DNA of 64,000 bases from NCBI GenBank assembly GCA_965223345.1, contig CBDCWG010000012.1:896001-960000 (forward strand), read 5' to 3'. This document shows positions 18,609-29,479 of the stretch, in pieces. Position numbers and translations under genes: made by a program. Numbering within the stretch: the first letter of the stretch is position 1; every line of letters begins with the position of its first letter. This stretch comes from Nitrospinales bacterium (GTDB taxonomy: Bacteria > Nitrospinota > Nitrospinia > Nitrospinales > VA-1). The notes beneath the pieces are model-generated. The model ran no database searches, had not been told where the DNA came from, and saw nothing but the letters and a program-made list of their open reading frames with translations.

Positions 18609-20042
18609 ATGACCGAACTCACTGGAGCCATTGCGGCGGTCTTCGTTCTCTACGTGCTGCTGATGCTGGGGATCGGCGTCGCCACCTCCCGGGTCACCCG
18701 CTCGCCGGCGGATTTTTTTCTCGCCGACCGTTCGCTCAAGGCCTGGGTCACGGCGGTGTCCTCCACCGCCAGCTCCGAGAGCGCCTGGGCGGTGCTGGGC
18801 ACGGTGGGCCTCGCCTACAAAGACGGGCTCTCGGCCATCTGGTTTCTGCCGGGCTGTCTCATGGGGTATGCGATCAACTGGCTGCTGATCGCCGAGCCGC
18901 TGCGCAGGCACTCGCACGAAACCCACGCACTCACCGTGCCCGATTATCTGGAATCGCATTTCAACGACAAGACCCACGTGTTGCGCCTGGTTTCCGTCGT
19001 CATCATTTTCGCCAGCATGATGGCCTACGTGGCGGCGCAGTTCACGGCCATCGGCAAAACCTTCGACGCCATTTTCGGCGTGCCGCACGTGTGGAGCATT
19101 TCGATCGGCGGTGCGATCGTCATCGTCTACACGATGATGGGCGGGTTCCGCGCGGTGGCGTGGACCGATTTCGTTCAGGGGCTCATCATGGTGTTCGGCA
19201 TCGTCCTGCTGGCGCTGGTGGCGGTGGCCGAGCTCGGCGGACTGGACGGCATGAGCGAGCAGGTCACGGCAAAAAGCCCCGACACGCTGGCCTGGATGGG
19301 TGGCAAAACCACGGCGGTGTTTTTCGGATCGCTGGTGGGGCTGTTGGGGATCGGCCTCGGCTATCCCGGCCAGCCGCACGTGCTCACGCGTTATATGGCG
19401 GCGAAGGACACGAGAGTCATCAAACAAGGCATCTGGATCGCCATGGGCTGGGGATTGCTGATCTACAGCTCGGCGATCCTGCTGGGCATCGCCGGCACCG
19501 CGCTGTTTCCGGGATTGGAAGATCCGGAGCACCTGTTCCCGCGCGCGGCGGAATCGCTGCTGCCCACCGTGGTCTCGGCGGTGGTGCTGACCGGTGTGCT
19601 GGCTGCGATCATGTCCACGGTTTCGGCGCAGATCATCGTCGCCGCATCCGCGGCGGCGCACGACATCTATTCGAAGATGCTGAAAGGCAGCCTGTCGGAC
19701 CGGGCGCTGATCCGCGTTTCCCGCCTGACGGTGCTCGCCCTCGGGGTGGGGGCCATGGTGATCGCGCTGACGGAAACGCGGGTGATCTTCTGGTTCGTGC
19801 TGTTCGCCTGGTCCGGGCTCGGGGCGAGTTTCGGCCCGGTCATTCTGTTCACCCTGTACTGGAAAGGCGTCACCCGCCAGGGCGCGCTGGCGGGCATGCT
19901 CACAGGATTCTGCACCACGATCCTGTGGAAGGTCACGGGTCTTTCCGATGCGGTGATTTACGAGCTGGTGCCGGCGTTTATCCTCGCTTCGCTCGCGGTG
20001 TGGGTGGTCAGCAAGCGCACCTCAGGTTCGCAATCTCTCTAA
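18609..20042 (+). CDS. sodium:solute symporter, PutP (Na+/proline)-like
   Basis: DFFLADRSL, GGFRAVAWTDFVQG, GLGYPGQPHVLTRYMA, AWSGLGASFGP; substrate not determinable. Confidence 0.88.
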   Translation: MTELTGAIAAVFVLYVLLMLGIGVATSRVTRSPADFFLADRSLKAWVTAVSSTASSESAWAVLGTVGLAYKDGLSAIWFLPGCLMGYAINWLLIAEPLRRHSHETHALTVPDYLESHFNDKTHVLRLVSVVIIFASMMAYVAAQFTAIGKTFDAIFGVPHVWSISIGGAIVIVYTMMGGFRAVAWTDFVQGLIMVFGIVLLALVAVAELGGLDGMSEQVTAKSPDTLAWMGGKTTAVFFGSLVGLLGIGLGYPGQPHVLTRYMAAKDTRVIKQGIWIAMGWGLLIYSSAILLGIAGTALFPGLEDPEHLFPRAAESLLPTVVSAVVLTGVLAAIMSTVSAQIIVAASAAAHDIYSKMLKGSLSDRALIRVSRLTVLALGVGAMVIALTETRVIFWFVLFAWSGLGASFGPVILFTLYWKGVTRQGALAGMLTGFCTTILWKVTGLSDAVIYELVPAFILASLAVWVVSKRTSGSQSL

Positions 20043-21311
20043 AATGACGTCCGCCATGCGGCGTGAAGCGCCCTGATAGTTGCGGATCAGAGCGGGGGCG
20101 CCGACTGCAAGGCGGGAACGGGTTTTTTCATCGTTCAGCAACCGCTGCAACGTGGAACCCATTTCCTTGCCGTCGCGCACGGGAAAGGCGTAGCCCTGTT
20201 GCCGGAGTTCTTCTGCCAGCGGCCCGAGGTTTTCGATGTGCGGGCCGTGCAGCACCGGGATGCCGCAGGAGATCGGTTCCATCAGGCTGTGCCCGCCGCC
20301 CGGCGGCAGGAGGCTCTTTCCCACGAAGGCGATGTCGGCGATCGCGTACACGGACATGAGCTCGCCCATCGTGTCGAGCAGCAACACCTGCTGCACCTCC
20401 GGGTGGTCGGCGTGCAGCTTGGAACGGCGGGCGAACGGGATCTTGAGCCGGGTCAGCAGCGCGGTGATGTCGCCGATGCGTTCCAGCCGTCTGGGCGCGA
20501 GGATCAGCAGCACATCCGGAATCCGGGTTTTGAGGATGCGGAACACCTTCAACACGATTTTTTCTTCGCCTTCGTGGGTGCTTCCCGCCACCCAGACCCG
20601 GCAGCGCTCGGGGATGCGCAGCCGGGTTCTGAGAGTGTTTTTTTCTTCCAGCGAAAAGGTTTTGAGTCCGTCGAACTTGGAATCCCCCATCACCTTCACC
20701 CGCTCGGGTGCGACGCCCAGATCCCGAAGTGCAGCGGCGCCCTCGTTGTTGTGCATGCCGAGAAAGTCGAAGCGGTTGAACACGCCGCTGAAAAACGACC
20801 CAAAAAACTGGTAGCGGCGCAGCGAGCGTTGGGAAATCCTGCCGTTGAAAAGCAGCGCCGGAATGTGTTGCTTTTGTAACTGGTGCAGAAAGCCGGGCCA
20901 GAATCCGGTGTCCATGAGGACGAACAGGTCCGGGCGGATTCGCTTGAGCGCCATCCGGTTGCAGAAATAGCCGTCGAAAGGATGAAAAAAAATCCGGTCC
21001 GCAACGTCGAGTTGTTTTTCGGCTGCCTGGAAACCGGAGTCGGTGGTCACTGACACGGCGATGCGCAGAGCCGGGGCTTTTTCCCTGAGAGCGGTGAGAA
21101 TGGGTCTGGCGGCCCGCACCTCTCCCAGAGACAGGGCGTGCAGCCACACGGTTTTCGCATCGGCGGTTTCCGCTTCAGGCATTTGCGGCACGATGCCGAG
21201 ACGGTGCCAGACGCCTTTTCGTTTTTTCCCGGTTGCGAAAGAATGGATCAGCGTGAAGGGTGCTGCGATCAACACGGCCAGTGTGGACAGGGCGTGATAC
21301 AGGATCATCAT
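20022..21311 (-). CDS. waaA: Kdo transferase (WaaA/KdtA) paralogue 1, divergent motifs
   Basis: WLHALSLGE, NGRIS, GDSKFD, VAGSTHEGEE, APRRLER, DTMGEL, GGGHSLMEP. Confidence 0.85.
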   Translation of the reverse strand: MMILYHALSTLAVLIAAPFTLIHSFATGKKRKGVWHRLGIVPQMPEAETADAKTVWLHALSLGEVRAARPILTALREKAPALRIAVSVTTDSGFQAAEKQLDVADRIFFHPFDGYFCNRMALKRIRPDLFVLMDTGFWPGFLHQLQKQHIPALLFNGRISQRSLRRYQFFGSFFSGVFNRFDFLGMHNNEGAAALRDLGVAPERVKVMGDSKFDGLKTFSLEEKNTLRTRLRIPERCRVWVAGSTHEGEEKIVLKVFRILKTRIPDVLLILAPRRLERIGDITALLTRLKIPFARRSKLHADHPEVQQVLLLDTMGELMSVYAIADIAFVGKSLLPPGGGHSLMEPISCGIPVLHGPHIENLGPLAEELRQQGYAFPVRDGKEMGSTLQRLLNDEKTRSRLAVGAPALIRNYQGASRRMADVILERLRT

Positions 21312-22576
21312 GGGCGGGCGTCGGGGCGGCTCAATTTATGAATCCATTCGATGTTTTTCTGCACCGCGCCGCGGTTTTTCGCCACAGTTTCCCGGGCCAT
21401 CTTTCCTCTGCGCGACCGTTCTTGCGGATCGGTCAACAGATCGAGCAGGGTGCGCTCAAGCGCTTCGGGCCGGTCGATCTGAATGCCGCCTCCGGATTCC
21501 TGCAGCAGCTTCGCTTCCTCTGCGAAATTTTGCATGTGTTGCCCGAACACGACGGGCAGGCCAAAGCCTGCGGGTTCCAGGATGTTGTGGCCGCCGAAGC
21601 GGGGATTGAAACCGCCTCCCACAAACGCGACGGTGCCTTTGGCGTAGAAGGATTGCAGCTCCCCGAGTTTGTCCAGCAGCAGCACGACGCCCTGCCTGCC
21701 GTTGGTCGCGCCCTGTGTGTTCGAGTAGCGCTCGTAGTCCACTTTGTAGTCGGCGATCAGTTGTTCGACTTCCTGGCAGCGCTCCATGTGGCGCGGTGCG
21801 ATGACGACGTTGAGCGTCGGCAGGGTCGCGCGCAGCTTGCAGACGGCGTCCAGGATCGGTCCCTCGTCGCCGGGACGGGTGGAACCGCACACCAGCCACG
21901 GCGCGGCATCGGGGGTGTCCTGGGCAGCAGGCGTCTGCGCGCCGCCGGGTGCGTCGAACTTGACGTTGCCGGTCACCGAGATTTTCGCGGCGTCGATCCC
22001 CAGAGAACGCAGCCGTTCCGCGTCGGTTGCCGAGCGCATGGAAAAATGCGTCACCGCCTCGGCGATCCAGAGAAAAAACGGTTTCACCTTTTCGTAGTTG
22101 CTGCGGGATTTTTCCGACATGCGGCCGTTCGCCAGCAGGATAGGCACCTTTTTTTGTTTCAGCTTACGCAGCAGCGAAGGCCACAATTCCGCTTCGATCA
22201 GGACCAGCAGCGAAGGGGCGAGCTTCTTGAGCAAGGGTGTCAGCCAGAAGGGATGATCGAACGGCAGGCGGAACACGGGGACACCGCTTTCCTTTTGCGC
22301 CAGTTCGAATCCGCTGCGGGTGAAGGTGGACAAAACGACCGGCCGTTTCTCGCCTTCTTTTTGCAATGCCTGGATGAGCAGTTTTGCAGCGCGCACTTCG
22401 CCCACGGACGATGCGTGGACCCACAGGCAGCCGGGGGACGGGGGCAGGTCGCGGCCGCCGCGGTACCGGGCGAGGATCTCTTTGCGGAACGCGGAGTCGA
22501 AGGCCATCCTTATGATAATGAAGGGGGATACGGTTAGCAGGACTCCGCCAAGGATGATATGATACGCGAATTGCAT
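21308..22576 (-). CDS. waaA: Kdo transferase (WaaA/KdtA) paralogue 2, canonical motifs
   Basis: WVHASSVGE, EAELWP, NGRMS, TGNVKFD, APRHMER, GGHNILEPA. Confidence 0.92.
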   Translation of the reverse strand: MQFAYHIILGGVLLTVSPFIIIRMAFDSAFRKEILARYRGGRDLPPSPGCLWVHASSVGEVRAAKLLIQALQKEGEKRPVVLSTFTRSGFELAQKESGVPVFRLPFDHPFWLTPLLKKLAPSLLVLIEAELWPSLLRKLKQKKVPILLANGRMSEKSRSNYEKVKPFFLWIAEAVTHFSMRSATDAERLRSLGIDAAKISVTGNVKFDAPGGAQTPAAQDTPDAAPWLVCGSTRPGDEGPILDAVCKLRATLPTLNVVIAPRHMERCQEVEQLIADYKVDYERYSNTQGATNGRQGVVLLLDKLGELQSFYAKGTVAFVGGGFNPRFGGHNILEPAGFGLPVVFGQHMQNFAEEAKLLQESGGGIQIDRPEALERTLLDLLTDPQERSRRGKMARETVAKNRGAVQKNIEWIHKLSRPDARP

Positions 22577-22618
22577 AGACGGAAGTATAACCCGAATCGA
22601 CCGCTCAGGTTTGTTTTA

Positions 22619-23722
22619 ATGCTGTGGGAAAAACTGTTTTACCGGACGATCGCTGCCGACCGGCCGCTGTATCTTGCGCCGCTGTTTTGTGTTCTGTGGG
22701 TGTGTTCCCTGTGTTACGGCCTGGCGCAGAAGCTGCGCGTTTGGGCGTACCGCCGGGGTTTTCTTTCGGTGCGCGAGTTGCCCTGCCGGGTGATCAGCGT
22801 CGGCAACCTGACTCTGGGAGGCACGGGCAAAACGCCGCTGGTGATCTGGATCGCGCAGACCCTCAAGGCGCAGGGCGGCAACCCCGTCATCCTCAGCCGC
22901 GGGTACGGCGGCAACGCGCAGAAGGGGGTGCATGTGGTGAGCGACGGCGAACGCGTGCTGCTTTCCGCCGGGCAGGCGGGCGACGAACCGGTGATGCTGG
23001 CGGAGCGGCTCAAAACCGTTCCGGTTGTGACCGGCGCGGACCGCCATGCAACCGGCCGGCATGCCATCGACCGTTTGGGCGCCGATACGCTGATCCTCGA
23101 CGACGGTTTCCAGCGCCTGGATCTGGCGCGCGATGCGAACCTGCTTTTGTTCGATGAAAAAAGACCCGTGGGGAACGGCCATCTGTTTCCGGCGGGGATT
23201 CTGCGCGAGCCTATGCAGGCGGTGCAGCGGGCGGATCTGGTGATCCTGACCCGTTGCTCGCAAAACGAATCGTTTCCCGTTCTGGAAGGCGTGCTTCCGG
23301 AAGCGCTTCCCGTTGTGCGCACGGCGCTCAGGCTCTCCGGTTTCGTACGCCTGGGCACCGGCCGGTTGTCGGCGCCGGGTTTTCTCAAGGACAAACCGGT
23401 CGCGGCGTTTTGCGGCATCGCGAATCCAAGAGATTTCAACAACACGTTGACCGACGCCGGCGCGCGCATCGTCTGGTCGCATGCGTATCGCGATCATCAC
23501 GGTTATAGCGGGCGCGATCTGGCTTTCATCGGCGAAGCCGCGAAAAAAGCGGGCGCGGAATGCCTGGTGGTCTCTGAAAAGGACAGTGTGAAACTCAACC
23601 CGGAGGGATGGCCGCTTCCCGTTTACAAGGCGGTGGTGGACGTGGACATCCTGGAAGGCAGGGAAGTGCTGATGCAGAAGATTCTCGGCGCGCGCCGGCA
23701 GGCCGCATCGAACACGCCTTGA
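22619..23722 (+). CDS. lpxK: tetraacyldisaccharide 4'-kinase
   Basis: SVGNLTLGGTGKTP, LSRGYGG, GDEP, LDDGFQ, PAGILRE, EKDSVK. Confidence 0.95.
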   Translation: MLWEKLFYRTIAADRPLYLAPLFCVLWVCSLCYGLAQKLRVWAYRRGFLSVRELPCRVISVGNLTLGGTGKTPLVIWIAQTLKAQGGNPVILSRGYGGNAQKGVHVVSDGERVLLSAGQAGDEPVMLAERLKTVPVVTGADRHATGRHAIDRLGADTLILDDGFQRLDLARDANLLLFDEKRPVGNGHLFPAGILREPMQAVQRADLVILTRCSQNESFPVLEGVLPEALPVVRTALRLSGFVRLGTGRLSAPGFLKDKPVAAFCGIANPRDFNNTLTDAGARIVWSHAYRDHHGYSGRDLAFIGEAAKKAGAECLVVSEKDSVKLNPEGWPLPVYKAVVDVDILEGREVLMQKILGARRQAASNTP

Positions 23723-23761
23723 ACCGAAATAAAGCCGCAACATTTCCAAAAGTGCAGACGG

Positions 23762-24217
23762 ATGGATTTTAAATCGCTGTCGTCCAATCAGCAGTTCGCG
23801 TTGAACGTGTTCGTGCCGCTGCTTTACCTGCTGCCGCTGGTGGTCGTCTATGTTTCGCCCAAGAATCTCGGGTTCGGTTTCCGCGAAGTGGTGTATCTCG
23901 GCCTGTCCGTGGGGGCGTTGGGCGTCGTTCTCTGGATCCTTTCCATGCTGCATCTGGGCAAATCCCTGGCGGTGCTCCCCGGTGCGGAGGTGCTGGTGAC
24001 GCGCGGCGTGTACCGCTATCTGCGCCACCCGATTTACTGGGGCATCTTTCTGACGCTGTTCGGCCTGTTTCTGGCCTGCGGTTCGGTTTTCGGGCTGGTT
24101 TACCTGGTCGTGATCGTGCTGCCGTTGAACCTGTACCGGGCGCGCGAAGAGGACAAGGCGTTGCTGCAGCGTTTCGGCGCCAGTTACCTGGCTTGGCGCG
24201 ACAAAACCTGGTTCTAA
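23762..24217 (+). CDS. isoprenylcysteine carboxyl methyltransferase / PEMT family membrane protein
   Basis: LVTRGVYRYLRHPIY and REEDKALLQRFG..Y motifs. Confidence 0.85.
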   Translation: MDFKSLSSNQQFALNVFVPLLYLLPLVVVYVSPKNLGFGFREVVYLGLSVGALGVVLWILSMLHLGKSLAVLPGAEVLVTRGVYRYLRHPIYWGIFLTLFGLFLACGSVFGLVYLVVIVLPLNLYRAREEDKALLQRFGASYLAWRDKTWF

Positions 24218-24240
24218 CCCCCCCAAGAATTTTTTTCTGC

Positions 24241-25476
24241 ATGAATCCTTCCCTACAGAGAATCCGGTTCCGGGCTTTGATCGCAGATGCGGACAGGGTG
24301 GTGGAACGCGGAGAACTGGTGATCGAAAGCGGGGTCATCCGTCAGGTTTGCGATGCGGTTTCCGGGGCGAGCGGTGCGGAGGTGCTCGACCTCTCCGATC
24401 ATCTGCTGCTTCCCGGTTTTGTGAACGCGCACTGCCACCTCTCGCTTTCGGTGCTGCACGAAACACTTCCGCGCAAGGAACGGTTCACCGACTGGGTGCG
24501 GGCTCTTTTAAAAGCCAATGCGGAGATTTCCCAGGAGCAGCGGCTGCGTGCCCTGCGTGCCGGTGCGCAGGAATTGCTGGCGTCGGGTGTGACGGCGCTG
24601 GGCGATTACGTCTCTCCCTCCGACCCGTTGACCGAACGGGAGGCGTTGCCTTTCCGGCAGGTGGCGTTTCTCGAGACACTGGGATTCAGGGACAGCCAGG
24701 CCGAAGAGATTTTAGACCGGGTGCGCTCTGTGCTGGATTCTCACGCTTCCAACGCGGGGCTGCTGCGGCTGGGGCTCGCGCCGCACGCGCCGTATTCGGT
24801 GTCGCCGCGCCTGTTTCAGGAACTCAAACGCCTCGCTGTCCAATACGGCGCGCCGTTTTCCTGTCACGTGGCCGAGTTCGACGAGGAGGTGCGTTTCCTC
24901 GAACAGGGAGGCGGCGAGCTGGAGGATTTTTTGCGCGAGCGGGACGTGTTCGATGAAAACTGGAAGCCGCCGGGAAAAAAATCGCTCGCCTATCTGGATG
25001 ACCTCGGCGTGCTGGAGTCGATGGCGGCGGTGCATGTGAACGCCGCGCACGAAGACCTCGCTCTGTTGGCGGCGCGCGGTGCGTGTGCGGTGTTTTGTCC
25101 GGGAAGCACCCGCTGGTTCGGCCGCACGCGGTACATGCCGGTGCGCGAGCTGATCGATCGCGGGGTCTCTGTGGCGCTCGGCACCGATTCGCTGGCTAGC
25201 AACGATGCGCTGAACTTTTTGCGCGAGCTGAAAATCGCCGACGACATGCTGCCGCAGGTTTCGCGCCGGGAGATCCTCAGGATGGCCACAGAACACGGCG
25301 CGCAGGCCTTGGGGCTCAAAGCCGGAACCCTTGCGCCGGGATACGCTGCGGACCTCGTCGCATTCCGCATCGAAGAGCCACCGGCATCGTGGGTGGATGT
25401 GCCGTTCGAGACCGGTCGGCAGCGGGCGGATTTTGTGATGGTGGATGGAAAGGCCGTTTTTTCAAGCTCCTCCTGA
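24241..25476 (+). CDS. metal-dependent amidohydrolase, nucleoside deaminase-like (MtaD/MqnF group)
   Basis: PGFVNAHCHL, APHAPYSV, HVAE, GTDSLASN, GYAADLV. Confidence 0.85.
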   Translation: MNPSLQRIRFRALIADADRVVERGELVIESGVIRQVCDAVSGASGAEVLDLSDHLLLPGFVNAHCHLSLSVLHETLPRKERFTDWVRALLKANAEISQEQRLRALRAGAQELLASGVTALGDYVSPSDPLTEREALPFRQVAFLETLGFRDSQAEEILDRVRSVLDSHASNAGLLRLGLAPHAPYSVSPRLFQELKRLAVQYGAPFSCHVAEFDEEVRFLEQGGGELEDFLRERDVFDENWKPPGKKSLAYLDDLGVLESMAAVHVNAAHEDLALLAARGACAVFCPGSTRWFGRTRYMPVRELIDRGVSVALGTDSLASNDALNFLRELKIADDMLPQVSRREILRMATEHGAQALGLKAGTLAPGYAADLVAFRIEEPPASWVDVPFETGRQRADFVMVDGKAVFSSSS

Positions 25477-25548
25477 TCCCTCCTTTCGCGTTGATTTGCG
25501 GTTATAATAAAGAGAACCGAACATTTCAATCTCTCGTGAGGAAACGGC

Positions 25549-26709
25549 GTGAAAGCTCTGGCACTGAACATCGAACGCGACCAATGGGAAACCACCACCG
25601 GGATGGACATCCTCGACGTTCCGGAACCGGCGCTGAACGAATCGGCGCATCCGGAGGATGCGGGGCAGGTCCTCATCAAGCCGCGCTACACCGGATTTTG
25701 CGGTTCGGACAAGGGGATCTGGTTTCGGCACGCGTTCAAGGAGATGATCTTCGATTCGATCGAGCGCGAGCACGCGTCCTATCGCATCTGCGGCCATGAA
25801 CTGCTGGGGGAAGTGGTGGACGCGGGGTCGTATTCGGCGAAGGCGTACGGCTTCAAGCCGGGTGACATCGTCTCGACCGAATCGCATATTTTCTGCGGCC
25901 GCTGTCATCAGTGCAAGATCGGCGAAGAGCACGTCTGTTCCGATCACCTCATCATCGGCATCTCCACCAACGGCTGTTTTGCGGATCTGGTCAAGCTGCC
26001 GGTCAAGGAACTGTGGCGCACCGACACCGATAAAATCCGTCCCGAGGTGGCGGCGATCCAGGAACCTCTGGGCAACGCGGTGCATGCGCTGAGCAAAGTG
26101 GACGTGCGCGGAAAATCCATCGCCATTTTCGGCTGCGGAACGATCGGCTTGTTTTCGATTCTGGTGGCGCGGGCGATGGGCGCGACGAACATCGTCGGCG
26201 TCGATCCGAACCCGGCGAACCTCAAGATGGCGGAACGGCTGGGCGTGGATCGTACGGTGAGCGTGGACCGGGAACAATCGGCGCAAAGTGGGCCGGCCGC
26301 GGATGAAGAGATCATCGCAGCGATCCACAGGCACTGTTCGGGGCGCGGCGTGGATGTGGCCTACGAGATGTCCGGCAGCAACCAGGCGCTCAACACCGCC
26401 ATTCAATCGGTGCGGCCGGGAGGCGACGTCATCCTGTTCGGCCTGTGCGGCGGCGACTTCACGCTGCAAAATTTTCAGGAGGTCATCCTGCACGGCAAAA
26501 CCCTGCACGGCATCGTCGGCCGTCGCGTGTTTCAAACCTGGTACATCATGCGCAACCTGCTGGAGTCCAAGCACCACGATCTGCAGGACAAGATCTATGA
26601 AGTCATCCTGAACAAGGGCGAGGGAACCATCGTCCCGTTTGCGGGTTTCGACAAGGACCGGTTCGATCGTCTGATCCGGCAGCATCCGAAAATCGTGATG
26701 AAACATTGA
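25549..26709 (+). CDS. tdh: Zn-dependent dehydrogenase, L-threonine 3-dehydrogenase-like
   Basis: CGSD...GHE catalytic Zn, CGRCHQC...C structural Zn, GCGTIG, EPLGNAVH; adjacent to kbl. Confidence 0.8.
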   Translation: MKALALNIERDQWETTTGMDILDVPEPALNESAHPEDAGQVLIKPRYTGFCGSDKGIWFRHAFKEMIFDSIEREHASYRICGHELLGEVVDAGSYSAKAYGFKPGDIVSTESHIFCGRCHQCKIGEEHVCSDHLIIGISTNGCFADLVKLPVKELWRTDTDKIRPEVAAIQEPLGNAVHALSKVDVRGKSIAIFGCGTIGLFSILVARAMGATNIVGVDPNPANLKMAERLGVDRTVSVDREQSAQSGPAADEEIIAAIHRHCSGRGVDVAYEMSGSNQALNTAIQSVRPGGDVILFGLCGGDFTLQNFQEVILHGKTLHGIVGRRVFQTWYIMRNLLESKHHDLQDKIYEVILNKGEGTIVPFAGFDKDRFDRLIRQHPKIVMKH

Positions 26710-26751
26710 TAAAGATTTCCTGTTGTTCGATTATTTTATTCCGGGCAACTC

Positions 26752-26776
26752 ACGGACCTTTTGAATAAAGGTCCGT
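26752..26776. other. perfect 10-bp hairpin between tdh and kbl
   Basis: ACGGACCTTT-tgaat-AAAGGTCCGT. Confidence 0.6.
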
Positions 26777-26821
26777 TCACGGCCCAAAGCGATTCATAGA
26801 GACGCCCTGAAAGGAATTCCC

Positions 26822-28015
<1,194 letters not shown>

Positions 28016-28489
28016 AGCCGCCGGTTTGTTTCCGTTCGGCAGCGTTATTTTCGCTATACAGATAGCGGGTGCGGCCTTCGGGTTCCGGCAGGCGATACTG
28101 CTGGGGCCACGTGTGCCTGCTCCCGAAGCCTGCGGCCAACGGGTTTGACGCCGGATCTTCCGGGGGCCGCGATGCCGCCGGTGCAGCCTGGGGACGGGCC
28201 GCAAAGGGGTTGAGAAATGAGGAAAAAGCGCCCTTGCGGGACAACCGGGTGAGCCGCACAATCTTTTTTTTGAAATTAAGTCTTTGATATTTTTGCTTGA
28301 AACTTTGCCGGTCTTTTTCGTGTGGAATTTTTTCGGCGGACCGTGATAAAATTTTTTTAAATTTTATCCTGGGCGAAATATTTTCCTATAAAAAGGCCAC
28401 CGGTCGTGATAGACTTCGCCACATTGTTATCCCCCAGCGGTAAAAAAACCCATCTGATTTCAAAACATCTCAAAAATACGCTTTTTTTA

Positions 28490-28519
28490 TTGACAAAAAT
28501 GAAATGAAGTCAGTAAGAT
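28490..28519 (+). promoter_or_regulatory. sigma70 promoter for the tRNA/ribosomal supercluster
   Basis: TTGACA-18 bp-TAAGAT in AT-rich context, about 20 bp upstream of tRNA-Thr. Confidence 0.75.
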
Positions 28520-28540
28520 GACCGTTTTCCGTTTTGCTGA

Positions 28541-28616
28541 GCTGGCGTAGCTCAGTTGGTAGAGCAGCTGATTTGTAATCAGCAGGTCGGGGGTTCGAGT
28601 CCCTTTGCCAGCTCCA
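28541..28616 (+). tRNA. tRNA-Thr(UGU)
   Basis: Cloverleaf, anticodon loop TT-TGT-AA, TTCGAGT T-loop, encoded CCA. Confidence 0.97.
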
Positions 28617-28742
28617 TAAATTTTTTTTATTTTTTGCTGGAGACTGAACGTTTAGAGCCCTGACGGCCCGTAAAATCAAGGGCTCCGGAGGATTCTGCCC
28701 GACCTGGTCCGTATCTTGGGGGCGAAGGATTCCATTCAGACC

Positions 28743-28824
28743 GGGGAGGTTCCCGAGTGGCCAAAGGGAACAGACTGTAAATCTGTCGGCTCAGCCTTCG
28801 GAGGTTCGAATCCTCCCCTCCCCA
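28743..28824 (+). tRNA. tRNA-Tyr(GUA)
   Basis: GGGGAGG/CCTCCCC acceptor stem, CT-GTA-AA loop, long variable arm; CCA not encoded. Confidence 0.96.
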
Positions 28825-28847
28825 TCCTTTTATAAGTGGAGGAGACT

Positions 28848-28924
28848 GCGGGAATAGCTCAGTTGGCTAGAGCGTCAGCCTTCCAAGCTGAGGGTCACGG
28901 GTTCGAGTCCCGTTTCCCGCTCCA
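28848..28924 (+). tRNA. tRNA-Gly(UCC)
   Basis: GCGGGAA/TTCCCGC stem, CT-TCC-AA loop, encoded CCA. Confidence 0.97.
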
Positions 28925-28962
28925 CCTTTCGGTTTGTGAGGTAAATTACTTTAAAGGAAATT

Positions 28963-29034
28963 GCCCACGTAGCTCAGGGGTGGAGCACTTCCTTGGTAAG
29001 GAAGAGGTCATCGGTTCAATTCCGATCGTGGGCT
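28963..29034 (+). tRNA. tRNA-Thr(GGU)
   Basis: GCCCACG/CGTGGGC stem, TT-GGT-AA loop; CCA not encoded. Confidence 0.95.
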
Positions 29035-29129
29035 TTGATTATCGGGTTTCGGTATCCCCGTCGCGGGGGCAGGCGTGGGTGCGGCGATTTTTCGGGCATT
29101 CCCTAAACGTACTGAAGTGAATACAGATC

Positions 29130-29279
29130 ATGAGAGACATTATCCATCTTGCGTGCGGTGAATGTAAAAGGAAAAACTATTCCACCACCAAGAACAAGAA
29201 GAAGACGACGAATCGCTTGGAATTCAAAAAGTACTGCCGTTTCTGCAGAGCACACACCCCCCATAAGGAAACCAAGTAA
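29130..29279 (+). CDS. rpmG: 50S ribosomal protein L33 (Zn-binding form); absent from the ORF track
   Basis: Manual translation [49 protein letters not shown]. Confidence 0.97.
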   Translation: MRDIIHLACGECKRKNYSTTKNKKKTTNRLEFKKYCRFCRAHTPHKETK

Positions 29280-29380
29280 GTAACAAGCGTTTGTTCATAA
29301 AATTTTCGGAGTGCCGGGAGGCATGATGGAGTGCCGTTTGGATGCTCTGTCTTTGTCGGGTACCAGTATGCAGTTCGCAT

Positions 29381-29454
29381 AGGCCAGTAGCTCGAACGGC
29401 TAGAGCACCGGACTCCAAATCTGGGGGTTGGGGGTTCGAATCCCTCCTGGCCTG
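29381..29454 (+). tRNA. tRNA-Trp(CCA)
   Basis: AGGCCAG/CTGGCCT stem, CT-CCA-AA loop; conserved rpmG-trnW-secE position; 3' CCA not encoded. Confidence 0.95.
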
Positions 29455-29479
29455 TAGTTTATAAAGGGTTTGATTGCCG

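Noticed and set aside
20022..20042. 21-bp convergent overlap of the symporter and waaA 3' ends
   Set aside because: Short tail-to-tail overlaps are common and need no special explanation
28617..28742. Hairpins in the spacer between tRNA-Thr and tRNA-Tyr, considered as an ncRNA or integration scar
   Set aside because: No duplicated tRNA 3' end or integrase nearby; consistent with ordinary precursor spacer structure
28836..29120. 94-aa ORF, plus 28470-28679 and 29224-29661 on the minus strand
   Set aside because: They are translations of tRNA genes or antisense to rpmG and secE
29308..29336. GGAGTGCCG repeated 20 bp apart between rpmG and tRNA-Trp
   Set aside because: Only two 9-bp copies; no array or att-site context
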